Assembly: GCA_910592345.1 (NCBI GenBank)
Contig: CAJVPI010000274.1
Span: 1 to 37,309, forward strand
DNA: 37,309 bases
Source of the DNA: Paraglomus brasilianum
Lineage: Eukaryota
Direction of reading: 5' to 3'
A program made the position numbers and the translations under genes. The notes beneath the pieces are model-generated. The model did not search any database. It saw only the letters and a program-made list of their open reading frames with translations, and had not been told where the DNA came from. This document shows positions 9,601 through 22,007 of this stretch, piece by piece (within the stretch, counting starts at the first letter, position 1; each line of letters starts with the position of its first letter).

Positions 9601-12600
9601 GATTGATATCTTTCAATGCATTTGTATACTGCCCTAATTTATAAAAAGTTTCTCCCTTTACTGTGAGTGCCCATACATTATTCGGTTCAAATTCTAATGA
9701 ATTTTTAACATCCTCCAATGCATCGTCATAATGCTTAAGCCTGAGCAAACTGTTTCCTCTAACTCTCAATGCCCATGCATCCTTTGGTTCAATCTTCAGT
9801 GACTTGTTAGCATCATTTAATGCGTCGTTAAATCGTTGAAGACAGATGCAAGTACTCCCTCTTACTTTTAATGCCTCTGTATTCTTTGGTTCAATTGTGA
9901 GCGACTTGTTTGAATCCCTTAATGCTTTGTTGTATTGTTTTAATTCGAAAAAGATGTTTGCTCTTATTGCGAAAGCTTGATCATCATTTGGTTCAATCTT
10001 GAGTGCATTGTTAATATCCGTCAATGCATCATCATACTGTTTGAGACTAAGATAAGTATCTCCTCTTACCCTCAATGCCCATAAATTATTTGGCTTTATT
10101 TTGAGCGATTCATTTGCATCTCTCAAAGCATTATCGTACTGTTTGCTCTTGAGGTGGATTCCTCCCTTTACTCTTAATGCCCATGGATGTTTAGGTTCAA
10201 TCTCTAACGATTTTTCAATGTCTTTTAATGCATCTTTATACAATTTGAGCATACAGTGAGCTTCTCCTCTTACTCTCAACGTCCAAGCGTTTCCTGGTTC
10301 AATGTCCAATGATTTAGTAGCATCAGTCAACGCACTGTGATACTGCTTAAGCCTGAGGTAGACATTCGCTCGTACTCTCAATGTCCACGCATTGTCTGGT
10401 TCGATCTTCAATGACAAGTTGGTATCATCTAATGCGTCGTTATATTGCTGGTGAAAGAGATTGACGGATCCTCTCACTTGTAAAGATTGTGCATTATTGG
10501 GTTCGACTTTAAGTGATTCGATTGAATCATTTAATGCTTTGTCAAGTTGCTCTAACTTGAGATAAATGTTCGCTCGTATTCCCAATGCCTGTCCATTATT
10601 TGGTTCAATCTCAAGTGATTTATTGACATCAATCAAGGCATTGTCAAATTGTTGACGATTGAGGTAAATATCACCTCTTACTCTGAATGCCCATGGATTA
10701 TCTGGTTCCATTTTCAAGGACTTGTTGAGATCATTCAAGGCATTATCGAGTTGTTTAAACTTGAGATAAACTCCTCCCCTCACTCTTAAGGCCCATGGAT
10801 TATTAGGTTCAATTTCCAATGATTTGTTGACGTTATTTAATGCATTGTTGTACTGTTTAAGCATAAAATTGACTTCTCCTCCTACTCTCAACGCCCACGC
10901 ATTGTTCGGGTCAATTCCCAATGATTTGTTAATATCATTCAAGGCATTGTTGTACTGTTTGAACTTGAGATAAATATTTCCCCTTAGCTTTAGTGACAGT
11001 GCATCATTCGGTTCGATATTTAACGATTGATTGAAACAGTCTAATGAATTATTATATTGCTGACGATTGAAATGGATAATTCCCTTTGCTTTCAATGCCC
11101 ATGCGTCATCTGGTTCAATCAATAACGATACGTTGAGATCGTGTAATGCACTTTCATACAGGTTGAGCTTATAATAAAGATTTCCTCTGACCCTCAAAGC
11201 AAGAGCGTAATTTGGATCAATTCCCAATGCAACGTTAACATTCTTCATTGCGTCGTCATTCTGATTAGTCATAAAATAGACATATCCGCTCTTACTCAAT
11301 GCCCATGTATTATTTGGACTAATTTCAAGAAATTCGGAAAGATGTTTCAATGCATCGTTATATCTCTGAAGATTGAGAAACACGTCCACTTTTGTTTTCA
11401 GTGCTAATTCATTACCCTGTTCGATTTCCAATGCCGTATTCAAATCACCCAACGCATTGTCATAACGCCGAATATTGTGAAAGACCTCACCTCTCATTTT
11501 CAGTGCCGACGTATCATGTGGTTCAATTGTCAGAGATTTGTTGAGATCGCGTAATGCACTATTGTGTTGACCTAGCATTAGATAAACGTTTCCTCTTATT
11601 CGTAATGCCGATGCATTGTTTGGCTCAGTCTTCAGCAATTTATTAATAACGTTCAAGGCCTTATCATACTGCTTGAGTTTGAGATAGACTTCTGCCCTTA
11701 CTTTCAATGATTGTGCATTATTTACTTCAATTTCCAAGGTAATGGGATCATTACTCTGTTCAATCCTTGATTGGTCACCTTGCAGCTCGAGCAGCTCTAA
11801 TTGTTCATAAATCTCTTTACAAAGCGGGCGCTTGTCAGGATCTTCATTCCAACAATCTGTATATAATTTTGTGTATCCATCCGGTATTCCAGGCACAGGT
11901 TTATCACGAAAACCTTTCAGACTATATTTAAAGATTTCAGCACTTTGCGTATGTCCTTCACATGGAAGTTTTCCGCTAAAAATTTCCCAAAATATTATAC
12001 CAAGACTGAAAATATCTGATTTTTTCCCGTATTTGTATGAAGAATTTCTGATTAACATTGGATCGATATATGCTGCGTTGTCTTCTTTGGATACAGACAT
12101 GATTTGCTTTAGTACGCTAGACAAGCCAAAATCTGCAATTTTTGCGACACCTGCTTGGATAAGAACATTACGAGAAGACTGTAAAAAACTGTGTGTTAAT
12201 AATAGTGTTATCCAAAAAATTAAATTATCTTTTGTCAGGGAAACAGAAATATATACCAAGTCTTTGTGGATGATATTAATGTCATGTAAATATTGTAGTC
12301 CACTAGTAATTTCCACACACAGCTTATGTTTATCTCGTCTTGTTAATTTCTTAAAATTCTTCCTCAAGTGTTCTTGTAAAGTCCCGCCGTCAGCAAATTC
12401 GAAAATCGTGTAATAATTATCGGGCGGATCTGCTTACATAAATAAGACTTGGTAAGTAAGATTTTAACAAGTACATAATAATAACCAACACCGATACGCT
12501 GTACCTTTGCATAAGCCCAAGAACTGAATGATGTTCGAATGATCTTCCATGTTATGATAGTTTTCGAGCTAAAATTGTACGTATAAAAACGGGTTAGTCT

Positions 12601-12887
12601 ATATTCGTATTTAACTATAACATAATTAGGACAGTAATACTAACCTCTTTGACAAAAGTCATGTGTAATTCTTCGTCACAATTACATTTGTTTAAAGACA
12701 AGCTCTTCATTGCAACAGATATTCCGGAGCGTTTTATTGTGGCCCTGTATACTGTCACATATTCGCCATGATTAATAGCTTCCCGCTCTAAAATGTCACT
12801 TCCTGCATAACAATTAATTATTCCTTCTTGAATGCTTCTGTCGAGCCATTCTTTATATGCATCATTTGACCTTTCGCTTTCGATCAT
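6626..12887 (-). CDS. Tyrosine-kinase-like (TKL) protein kinase fused to 49 tetratricopeptide repeats, ~2010 aa
   Basis: Exons 12887-12645, 12568-12505, 12429-12257 and 12178-6626 (GT-AG, 6033 nt). The 78-nt intron 12179-12256 is in frame and is read through by the ORF track. Kinase motifs: VAMK, FVKEL, HSNIIQFLG, FEFADGGTL, HKDLSSRN, ADFG, YIDP, KSDIFSLG, CWNEDPDKRP. The C-terminal 34-aa repeats have consensus AWALRVRGNVYLxLKQYDDALNDINKSLEIEPNN. Confidence 0.92.
6722..11716 (-). repeat. Coding tandem array of 49 x ~102-bp TPR units
   Basis: Counted from the translation. Units are 34 aa except unit 23 (31 aa), unit 34 (33 aa) and unit 45 (37 aa). Confidence 0.92.
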
Positions 12888-15800
12888 GTTGGAAAAAATT
12901 TGCTGCAACCAAGAGGAGTGTAGTCGAAATAAGATTTATATTAATATCCGATAATGATAATAGCGCCGGAAAAACGCCCACTATATTGTTGCACGATCAT
13001 ATCATCGTCACACAGTCAGCTAAAGCAAGCGTAACAATAAAAAGATAACAATAATATTTGCATACAAAAGTTTATCTTATCTTGATATCATTCTCGTAGA
13101 TCGACACCCCACCCTTAATGTATAAATATATTGATGCAAGTTTATTACAACCTAATGATAATCTGGTAATTACCGACATAATATGTAGTTATTGAATCGA
13201 AAAAGAATGTTCTTGTTCGCAACACTGATATCAAAGAGTTAAGTCGGGAATGAATCCAGAATTGGCAATAACAATTATTAAAAGTAGTCACTAAATCAGT
13301 GTTCATTCAATGATCATCATCATTAAGGCTTGTATCGTTCTGTGTTACAGATGACAATATAAAATGAAGCGTACAAGAATAAAGCTCTACTTATACGATG
13401 TTATAAAGAAACCAGTTTTTACGTTATTGGTAAACACTTTTACTCATTGTCTATACATTTCGAGTACCTTAAGACTATCGAGACAATTAGACACACCGAT
13501 TTGATTCTCATCTACGCGGGCCATTTTAGTATTCGTTGATCTTTGTATACCTTATATTGGTTTCTTTTCATGGTTTTACCATTAGTTAAACTGATGTTTA
13601 CAGCCGGCGCATGATTGTTATATCTAATAATTTAAAGTAAAAAAAAGAAGGTTGCTTATTCATCATTTATTCGCCTACAAAACTGTAACTAGCTTTTACA
13701 GAATAATGTGTAGTTTGACAATAGCTGTACTGACAAAAACACTAGTCTTATTTGATGCACAAGCTATACAAGACAAAGTTTAAAAAGAGAAATATATACG
13801 GCTGCTTACATTTGATTCCTAGTTTTCGTAGCCTACAAACAATTAACTGGTGGTGATACAGAGTAAGATTATCTAATATAAGCTTCTATACTTCAATATT
13901 CATACTTAAATTTATTTAAAACGATGCACTGTTTTACGTAAAGTTGACTATCAACACATATCAAGATTCTCGGTGTCAGCAGAGGTATGCAGAAAAGATA
14001 ACGATAATTACATAATTCTACACTGACAAATTACTCTTTCCTACTGCAATATAAATATGCTCACCGCGGAGATATTGTCAAACTCGTTATTCCTAATATG
14101 CTATTAAGGTATACAGTGTACTGTAACTCTTCGCATACAAACCTCATAACAATAAATTTTAACTGAATGCTTATACTTCTAATATTATCTCATTCGACCA
14201 TCAAGTCTTTGACATATTCATCCATGCGATCATTGTTAGGCTAAAAAAACTAACCATACATCATTTTAGAAAACGGTTATACAGTATCATGGTCTGAAGA
14301 ATTCACTGACAAATGATTTAGGCCAAAAAGAAAAAGTCATGCGTCAACAACAATTGATTTGTCAAGTGATCAAAAAATAATAAGGCTGAAATCCACATGA
14401 CTGATTTTCTATTACCTAATCATTGTGGGTATCACAGCTCATAATATCAAAAATCACGTCATGGTCACACAGATACATATTAATTCAGGGACGCAAAAAT
14501 ATAACACACCAATGAATGTTGTATACTCACACATATATGACGATAATGAACGAACACATTTCCCTGGCTTTATCCTTTCATCGAGTGAGATGGAAAGAGG
14601 GCGTGTGCGAATAACGAGTATGAATCAAATGGTAGAACAACGAGATGGAGAGTATCCAATCAAAATATCATCCCCAACATTAAATTTCTTTTCTCCAGCA
14701 GATTACTATATATACCTTCCTTTCTCGAAACATAAATTTATATCGTTCAATTTTAAAGCCAATCTCGCATCTGCACGAACGATTTGAAAAATTGGGTAGG
14801 TGCAAAGATATCTTTATCCCCACATTAGCTTGGATTTAGAAGCATAATAAAGAATAATTGCGGTTATCAATCTCCTCCGTTGTTTTTCATCAGTAAATAC
14901 TAAGTTTGATGAAATTGTCAGCGAGAAAAGAGAGTATTATAGTTAGAACAAGGCTAACCTTATTTGATGAGAATATGGTGGAGCGGTAAGAATTTTAAGT
15001 TGATTTGGATACTTAGTAACTAACAGCAGCGCATCTTCTATCGAAATTTTCTAGGATGTGGAGAAAGGTAATAATGAGCATTACAAGACAGAAATTCCAA
15101 GTTACTTATTATCCAAGACATGTAAGACGAGGCCATTCAATATTGACCAGCCCCGAAATTAAAGAAATTACGTAATCACTGCAAATAAATTTTGTTACGA
15201 TTTCGTTGTAAAAATTGTTCAATCATATTAATATGTAAACAGTATAATTAAATTAGGTCAAAAATGACTGAAAATCTAGAAAAGGCTGACAATATTATCG
15301 TTGTCAAAATATAAAGTTGTCGACTCTAAGTAGAGCGTTGCAATTTTGACAACGTCCGTATTTGAACAAGTGAAAGGTTGGCAGTAAATGTATTATTTCT
15401 TATTACAGTCGCAAATAATTTTGTACGTAGTAATTGCAATGCTTGTTATACATGCATTGTATTATGTGCATATTTGATATCGTGAAAACGGGAAGACTTA
15501 TAGGCTTTCAAACATATAATATGATGTGTTAATGGTAGACCGTATTAATAAAAATCGAAACAAGAAACATATAGCAATACACAGATATTATTTACAAATA
15601 CGTAAACTGTTTATTAATTAACTATTGGTTTAATTGAGGGTGGACAGCCTATGTCACTAAATATATGCCGTAATGATATCTTATCTATATAGATCATCGG
15701 TTATTTCTCAAGAAAAAAATAGAAAATGAAAGAGATTACTAATTTGTTACATGATTGAAAGGCAACTGTCGAGAATCAGATATAGAGAGCTGATTCACTG

Positions 15801-18800
15801 CAAAACCGACTAATTTTGACAATGTTACATCACAACTCTGTTTCTATGTTAGGGATTTCAATCCATCAAAAACACTATGTGGTGTCGAATTTATCTCAGT
15901 GCCTTCTCGGGGAGGGGTGGGACATCTTTTTTCTTTCTTTACATCCATCCGTCATCATATTGCAATGCATTTATTACATACCGCAAGTTTTAGCATCTAG
16001 TTCGGATATTCGTTTTCCCAGCGCTAGTTGTTCGTAATCTCTCTATTACGTTATATTCTTTGTTGACAACTCGGACAGGTGTTGCAGAGCTCGTTTATTA
16101 TCAAGTACATGTACTAGTATTTGCAGCATTGGAAAGTCGGCATTTTTGGGTGGTTTTATGTCAAAAAAAGATATTTGTAATTGCGTTTAAATTTCAGTAC
16201 GAGATGTAGAGATTCAAAACCATACGTTCTGTATGTAATTTACTGGAAGAATACGTGTATCTGTTCATCTTTTTCTGACGAATGTCTTTTTGTCATCAAT
16301 CGGACATTTCATAAGAAACTACAGTTACGCCTATTATTATGGCATGGCACACAAGCTGGATTAAGTTGTATTACAATGAAAAATACTAGTCTGGTTGCTC
16401 AAATACAGGAACTCATTCATCACTGCTTCAACAATTAATATCGCAAAATGCCCCCTCCTCTCTTTTTCACCCCTAAGTACTAATGATTTTTCTTCACACG
16501 ACACACTCTTTCAATCCATTCCCCTCCTTATTCTTTATTTCACTTCTCAACTATCTCGAATGTAATATTAGATAACTGACGTTAAAACTAGGAAATAAAG
16601 TCTCATGCTATAGCGCAGACCTTGACATCCGAAGTAGACAAGATTCATCTTAATCTGGTCGTTTATGACTCAACTCCGAATTGGGCTAACATTCCGATTT
16701 GTGAGAACATTACCAATATTAGACACATTGTTTTGTTTTATTACCTCAATCATTGTTGCGATTACTATAATGAAAACCTAATGCAGTATTACGTTAAATT
16801 GTGATCATTATTGGTCTCCATTGCAGATCCTACTTTAACACTGTTCATATATCCATATAAGTCGCTCATAACTAAATCTTTTCACTTTCATTTGTGCTTT
16901 GGCTAATCTACCTTGCCTATTACGTTCGGTTATGCTAACCGTTTTCACGCAATTGAATACAAGCACTAAATCTTTTTATCGTGATTGCATTCGTCCTTCA
17001 CGAAGTTTAACCTCCCTTGCGTATCAATAATTGTAAGAATATTTCGTAAGCAATAGATTAGATCCCTGAAAAAAGGTTGATCATATCGATAAGAATGTTT
17101 ATTATAAACCGTCAATAATTTGTCTTGAATATTTTAATTACACTGCAAACAAGCAGATTAGAGGAAAAACTGTAGTTGTCTGCTAGTTTGGTGCATAATA
17201 ACATGGAATAATATTAACAAAACTAAAATATGAACGGTTACTCTTTTACGCCTACATTACGTTATTCCTATGAAACTGCCAAGTTATTATCATCTACTTG
17301 CTCTTGCTTTTCTCCAGGCGATTAGTATATCCGGTCCTTACCAATAGCATATCGCCAACTTATTAGTTACTTGAAAACTGCTATTGTATTATAAACTTGT
17401 AAGGTAAAATTTTGTGTAAAAACTCTTAAGAAATTTCTTGTCATAAAAGGATAATAGTCGATCATTATATAAAATAGATCGGTGATCCATACAATAGCCT
17501 GAAAAACGGTTTATCATTATATTAAAATTGTATTATTATTATGCTCCCATGATAAAAGACGGATTAGAGTTATGAGTTAGTAAAATTGGCAAGAAAAAAT
17601 AAACGAGAGAGGTTTTTTTTTTAGCTTATATTTTAAACTTATTATAGCAGAGCCACCATCAAGCATCTGCAATTAGGTCTAATAATTCAAGGCCAAGACT
17701 ATTAATTAAACAAACTTTACTTGCATCAAGGAAATGGAATCTTGGATAGTTTGTTATGAAGTATATAGTGCTATCGCTTGCAGAATCGATAATCAACTTT
17801 TCGGCACCATTACTAATAATTGATCTATTTATTGCTCGCCATTTGGAAGTTTATATTGCCACACTTTCCTACATGTTGTGGTATTCACCCCGCATTTCTC
17901 ACGCTATGATCTTGCTACTTACCACCTATTATTTTCTTGCGATCTTCTACAGTGATCGATCCAAATGACTCCTGTACATTTGTGTGACCATGAAGAAGCC
18001 AAGGCTGAAAGGAGTATGAATGCCATTATTAGTGCAAATATTGTACAGCATAGTCCTTTACAATACAATTTTACGGATGACGGTCCGTTTCCCAACTGTA
18101 TCGGTTTAGTTTCATACAAGTCAAAAGTGTGCAAAACCATACGGCATTGATCTGACGCATGTATAACTAATTGCCTCTAAAGCATATTACTAAGTCCAAT
18201 ATTGCGTGCGTGTGAATCAGGATAAACATAATAATCCAGCTCACCTCTTTGAAAATATAGTTTTCTCTATAGCTAATGCACAATATGAAATACAATATCG
18301 ATATGTCATATATGCACGACATAAACTCCTCCAAAAATTAATTCGCTACGCACTTATGTTTTAATTAATTCGCTCACTCTCTCTGCTCGAAGTGATTATC
18401 GTGAATGTAAAACATTTGGTTCGGTTTAACTGTTTCCACGCAAGCGAATACCCAATCGTAGAACTTTAATATTTACTTATTTAGACTTATCCCATATGGA
18501 AACGACAGACCAACACTGATAACGAATCAACTTCAAGAACCAGACAAATAAATGGTAAGTAACTAACCACAATAAGACATGTTAGTTGATACAGCGAAAT
18601 GCTTTAAATTTTATCCAACAGAAATAGCATACTTACCTTCCGATTTATCTTAGCACGTGGTCCAGTGAATATCTACTCCAACACATTAATAAATACGACT
18701 ATCTCTCATTCCGGTCGCAATTTACAATATATTTATTTTTTTTCCATGAAGAGAGACGATTACACGTTCTTTAATATCTTATAACAATACAATTGTTATA

Positions 18801-18846
18801 CCTCTATCTACCCAACAGCGCTTTACCAAATTATCTAACTACCGAA

Positions 18847-20111
18847 ATGAGCACCCCAACGATTCAGTTGTTGTGCCTTATCGATATTATATCTATTATA
18901 GTATCCATATACATGGCAATAGTATTCTACAGAGCAAAACGAAATCCAATGATGTTTTATTTTACACTGGGCGTCATTCTCCTAAACGCGCTGGCGCTAC
19001 TGGGCCTTCCATATGATTTTAATTGGCACAAAGCACCGTTGGCATTGTGTTATTTTCAAGCAATAGGGGTAAGTCTTTTGAATTGAGTAATAGAATAAAT
19101 GCTCATTAATTCGTATTAATTACTAGAATATATTTATTAGGCGCAATTCGGAGCCCTTGTAACAGGAATCTGCGCATTCAATTTCATAATCCAAACATAC
19201 CGTCTTCTTGTCCTTCGTAAACAATCCGAGATTGCAGATTCACGATTGATTTCTTATTACTACGGATCGATGATTGTCTATCCAATTATCGGCACGATAT
19301 TGGTAACTTTTGTGGCTATCAAGACAAACGCTGTGGGAGTGAGAGACCTTAAATGGTAAGCGATCAATGTAAATTACGAAAGCCAATGGATTAAAGTATG
19401 AGTCTAGAAGCAATTGAGCAATTTTGTCCCTTTCTAACACTATCATAAAGTATTAATTTGGCCAAACTAATCTCGTTTTTTTTTCCTCCCAGCGACATAG
19501 TTAGTCCAATCTGGGTTCGCCTATTTGGTTACAATGGCATCAATCTCTTCATATCTATACCGGGCACATATTTCTCCACTCGTGCAACGTGGGCAGTAAT
19601 TCGTCATTTAGATCAATTCAAAACAAACACGTCTTCTATTCAAAGCCATACACCCATGATAGAATCTAGGAATGCTGGCGGAGTCATACATGATGATGGT
19701 GAAACTCCTGTCGTGCAGGAAAGGCCTAACTTCGTAGCACCGGTTATCAATTCTCCTACGAATAAAGCATACAACATTACGCGATCTGCTGCTATTCGCA
19801 TGGTTTTCTTTACAACTGCCTATCTTCTCACGAATATTGTTGCATCCATAGAGACTATTCTCTTTGCATTGGCAGGAAAATCTTTAGACCCACATCCCGG
19901 CGGATCTGACATAACTTTAGTATCACTCGGAATTGCATTGTTTTTGATATTTGGAACTGCTGGTGATGTTAGAAAGTGGACTCTCCAAAAGCTAAAAAAC
20001 TTACTTCAAATGCTAGAAAACTTATTTCAAAAGCTAAAAAACTTATTTCAAAAGCTAAAAAACTTATTTAGGAGAACAGATCCCGAGGGAAGGGGGGTTC
20101 ATGCTATGTAA
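18847..20111 (+). CDS. 7TM G-protein-coupled receptor-like protein (Git3/cAMP-receptor-like type), paralog A, 351 aa
   Basis: Exons 18847-19068, 19141-19355 and 19493-20111. Seven hydrophobic helices; Cys at the top of TM3 (LCYFQA); ECL2 Cys (LKCDI, codon split TG|C by intron 2); long ICL3; TM6 AIRMVFF; TM7 SLGIALFLIFGT followed by a basic helix 8. Confidence 0.82.
19986..20069 (+). repeat. 4 x 21-bp in-frame tandem repeat (QKLKNLL QMLENLF QKLKNLF QKLKNLF)
   Basis: The unit caaaagctaaaaaacttattt is repeated four times; copies 3 and 4 are identical. Confidence 0.9.
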
Positions 20112-22007
20112 AATGTATAGATAAATGATAACTTGATAAAAAAAACAACAACCAATATTTATTGTAACTGGACATCCACATGTAAAAAACGAAAACTGTT
20201 TCCTTAAAGTTAGAATTATAATAAATGTAACCTCAACATTAGTACTGCGTAACAGAGTGGAGGGGGTTTATACTATAATGATCTAAATAGCCTGCCCGCC
20301 TGTGTTCAATGAAGACTAAAGTAATATTTGTGATAAACAATATAAATGAAGGAAGGGCATTTGCCTTATTGTCAAAATAACAAATCGATATTGGATAATG
20401 CACAGACGTTATAATATATTTTCTCTTAAATCTGGTTGTTCGAGTAGATTGACAGAGAAAAGAATTTAGGGAAGGGAGGTTCGGTTTCGCGTTTGAATTT
20501 TGTTTTAAATCTGATTTAGCTTAATTTAAGCGAAGTACTGTTACACTAACGATAGCATTCACCAAAGATTAAAAATAGTTTTTTTTTATACACCATTTGC
20601 TGAACGAACAGATTGTTAAAGATATTTAATTAAACTTTCACTTAAAAGATTATTAAGTTGCGCACTACAATTATTATTGGTTCTACTGGAAATTAGCGTT
20701 GTCAACTGCATCGTGTTACCATGTATTCGAAACCTGGGCTCTCTCCATTTGGATTACGTAGCCGATCAAAGTAACATATCACAGGTACACGGTGTAATTT
20801 GTAGTCATTGAAGATTATCTTTGCGGGGTGGAAAAGTGCTATCCAGGTCTGTCTCAAATTATAGAAATGGGCAATGCAAACTTGAAGAAGGACCATACCG
20901 TCCATGTGCTCTATTTATTCCGTTGCCATTATCGGTATCACAGTCCTTTTAATTGTATGATCGTCATAAAAATATACCAAGGCACGACTATACTGTAACT
21001 ACCTTGTAATGCAAACAGGAACAAAATTGCTTAGTCTCCGAATGCTACAATCTAGTTTCTCTGCTATTTGGCAACTTTATACAGTCCCACACACAATTAT
21101 ACTTTCCCAATTTAATGTAACACAATATAGACGCCTGTTCTACAAAACTTAACCTTTCTATTGGTGCGACTAGGTTTTGAATAATCAGTAACTTGGTCAA
21201 AACGAGTTTTTAAATAATTAGTAAGCCTTAGTCGAAACATAGTAATTAGTAGATGACATGTTCAAACCTCAATACATTTACGGTTCTAGACTGTTTCAAT
21301 TATTCGATTGGACATATTAATTTCAAATTAAATTCTTTAATAGTACATGCCGCCCAATCACTGTTTTGACTATTTCTACGCCTAACATATTTATACAAGT
21401 TTATATTGTATTGTAACACATCCCGCACATGTCAATCATAATATCCCCGCAATATACCAAAACTGCATAATTAGTTAAGTGATCTGCTTCGGGTGTAACG
21501 TTGTCCGAAACTTAGAGAGGGGTAATTATAATACTACGATTTAAAGAGACTAAACCGTTCCTATAAACAATGTATGGGGCGTGTGTGCTAGTCGAACCCG
21601 GTTTACGTCCACAAATCGCACATCCTAAATTAAATATCGATTTTGGAAGATACAAGCTTTTGATAGGATAAAATCTTCGGAGTTATTCTTAGAATAAGTC
21701 ACATCACACTACTACTATCTCTGTTTTAACTCCCACCCCGATTATTCCTCTGAAACAGGCAAGCTATCTCACAGTATCGCTGCATTGACCAAAATCAGTA
21801 ACGCTGATCGGTAAGTAAACCCCGTAACATATGAATTTATTATATGTCTTAATAAGAACATCTTGTATTTGCATCAAACAACACAATAAATAGAACCATT
21901 TCTCATTCAATTTGTATTCACAACATACTTGAATAACTTACAATTTCATATCGACATTGTAAATATAGATAGAGCAGCTTGCTATCAAATTTCTTCTCAC
22001 ATCACAA

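Noticed and set aside
6722..11716. 102-bp periodicity as a CRISPR-like or non-coding array
   Set aside because: It is a continuous protein-coding TPR array with no repeat-spacer structure.
6626..12367. 1913-aa ORF taken as the complete protein
   Set aside because: It starts at an internal TTG, lacks the kinase N-lobe and reads through a 78-nt in-frame intron.
15299..15354. 12-bp perfect inverted repeat cgttgtcaaaat...attttgacaacg
   Set aside because: Too short, with no TSD or second copy; could be chance in AT-rich DNA.
12950..18800. Short ORFs and coding-like patches (e.g. 14425-14787, 16780-17000, 17700-18150)
   Set aside because: Frequent stops, no identifiable motifs or consistent splice structure; possibly decayed elements but not assignable by eye.
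20710..20780. tRNA-like T-arm on the minus strand (cccaggtttcgaatacatgg); similar ggttcgact near 21590
   Set aside because: No D arm or anticodon arm and wrong length; no cloverleaf.
18554..21818. GGTAAGTAA upstream of receptors A (18554) and B (21810) as 5'-UTR intron donors
   Set aside because: No convincing matching acceptors or shared context; needs transcript data.
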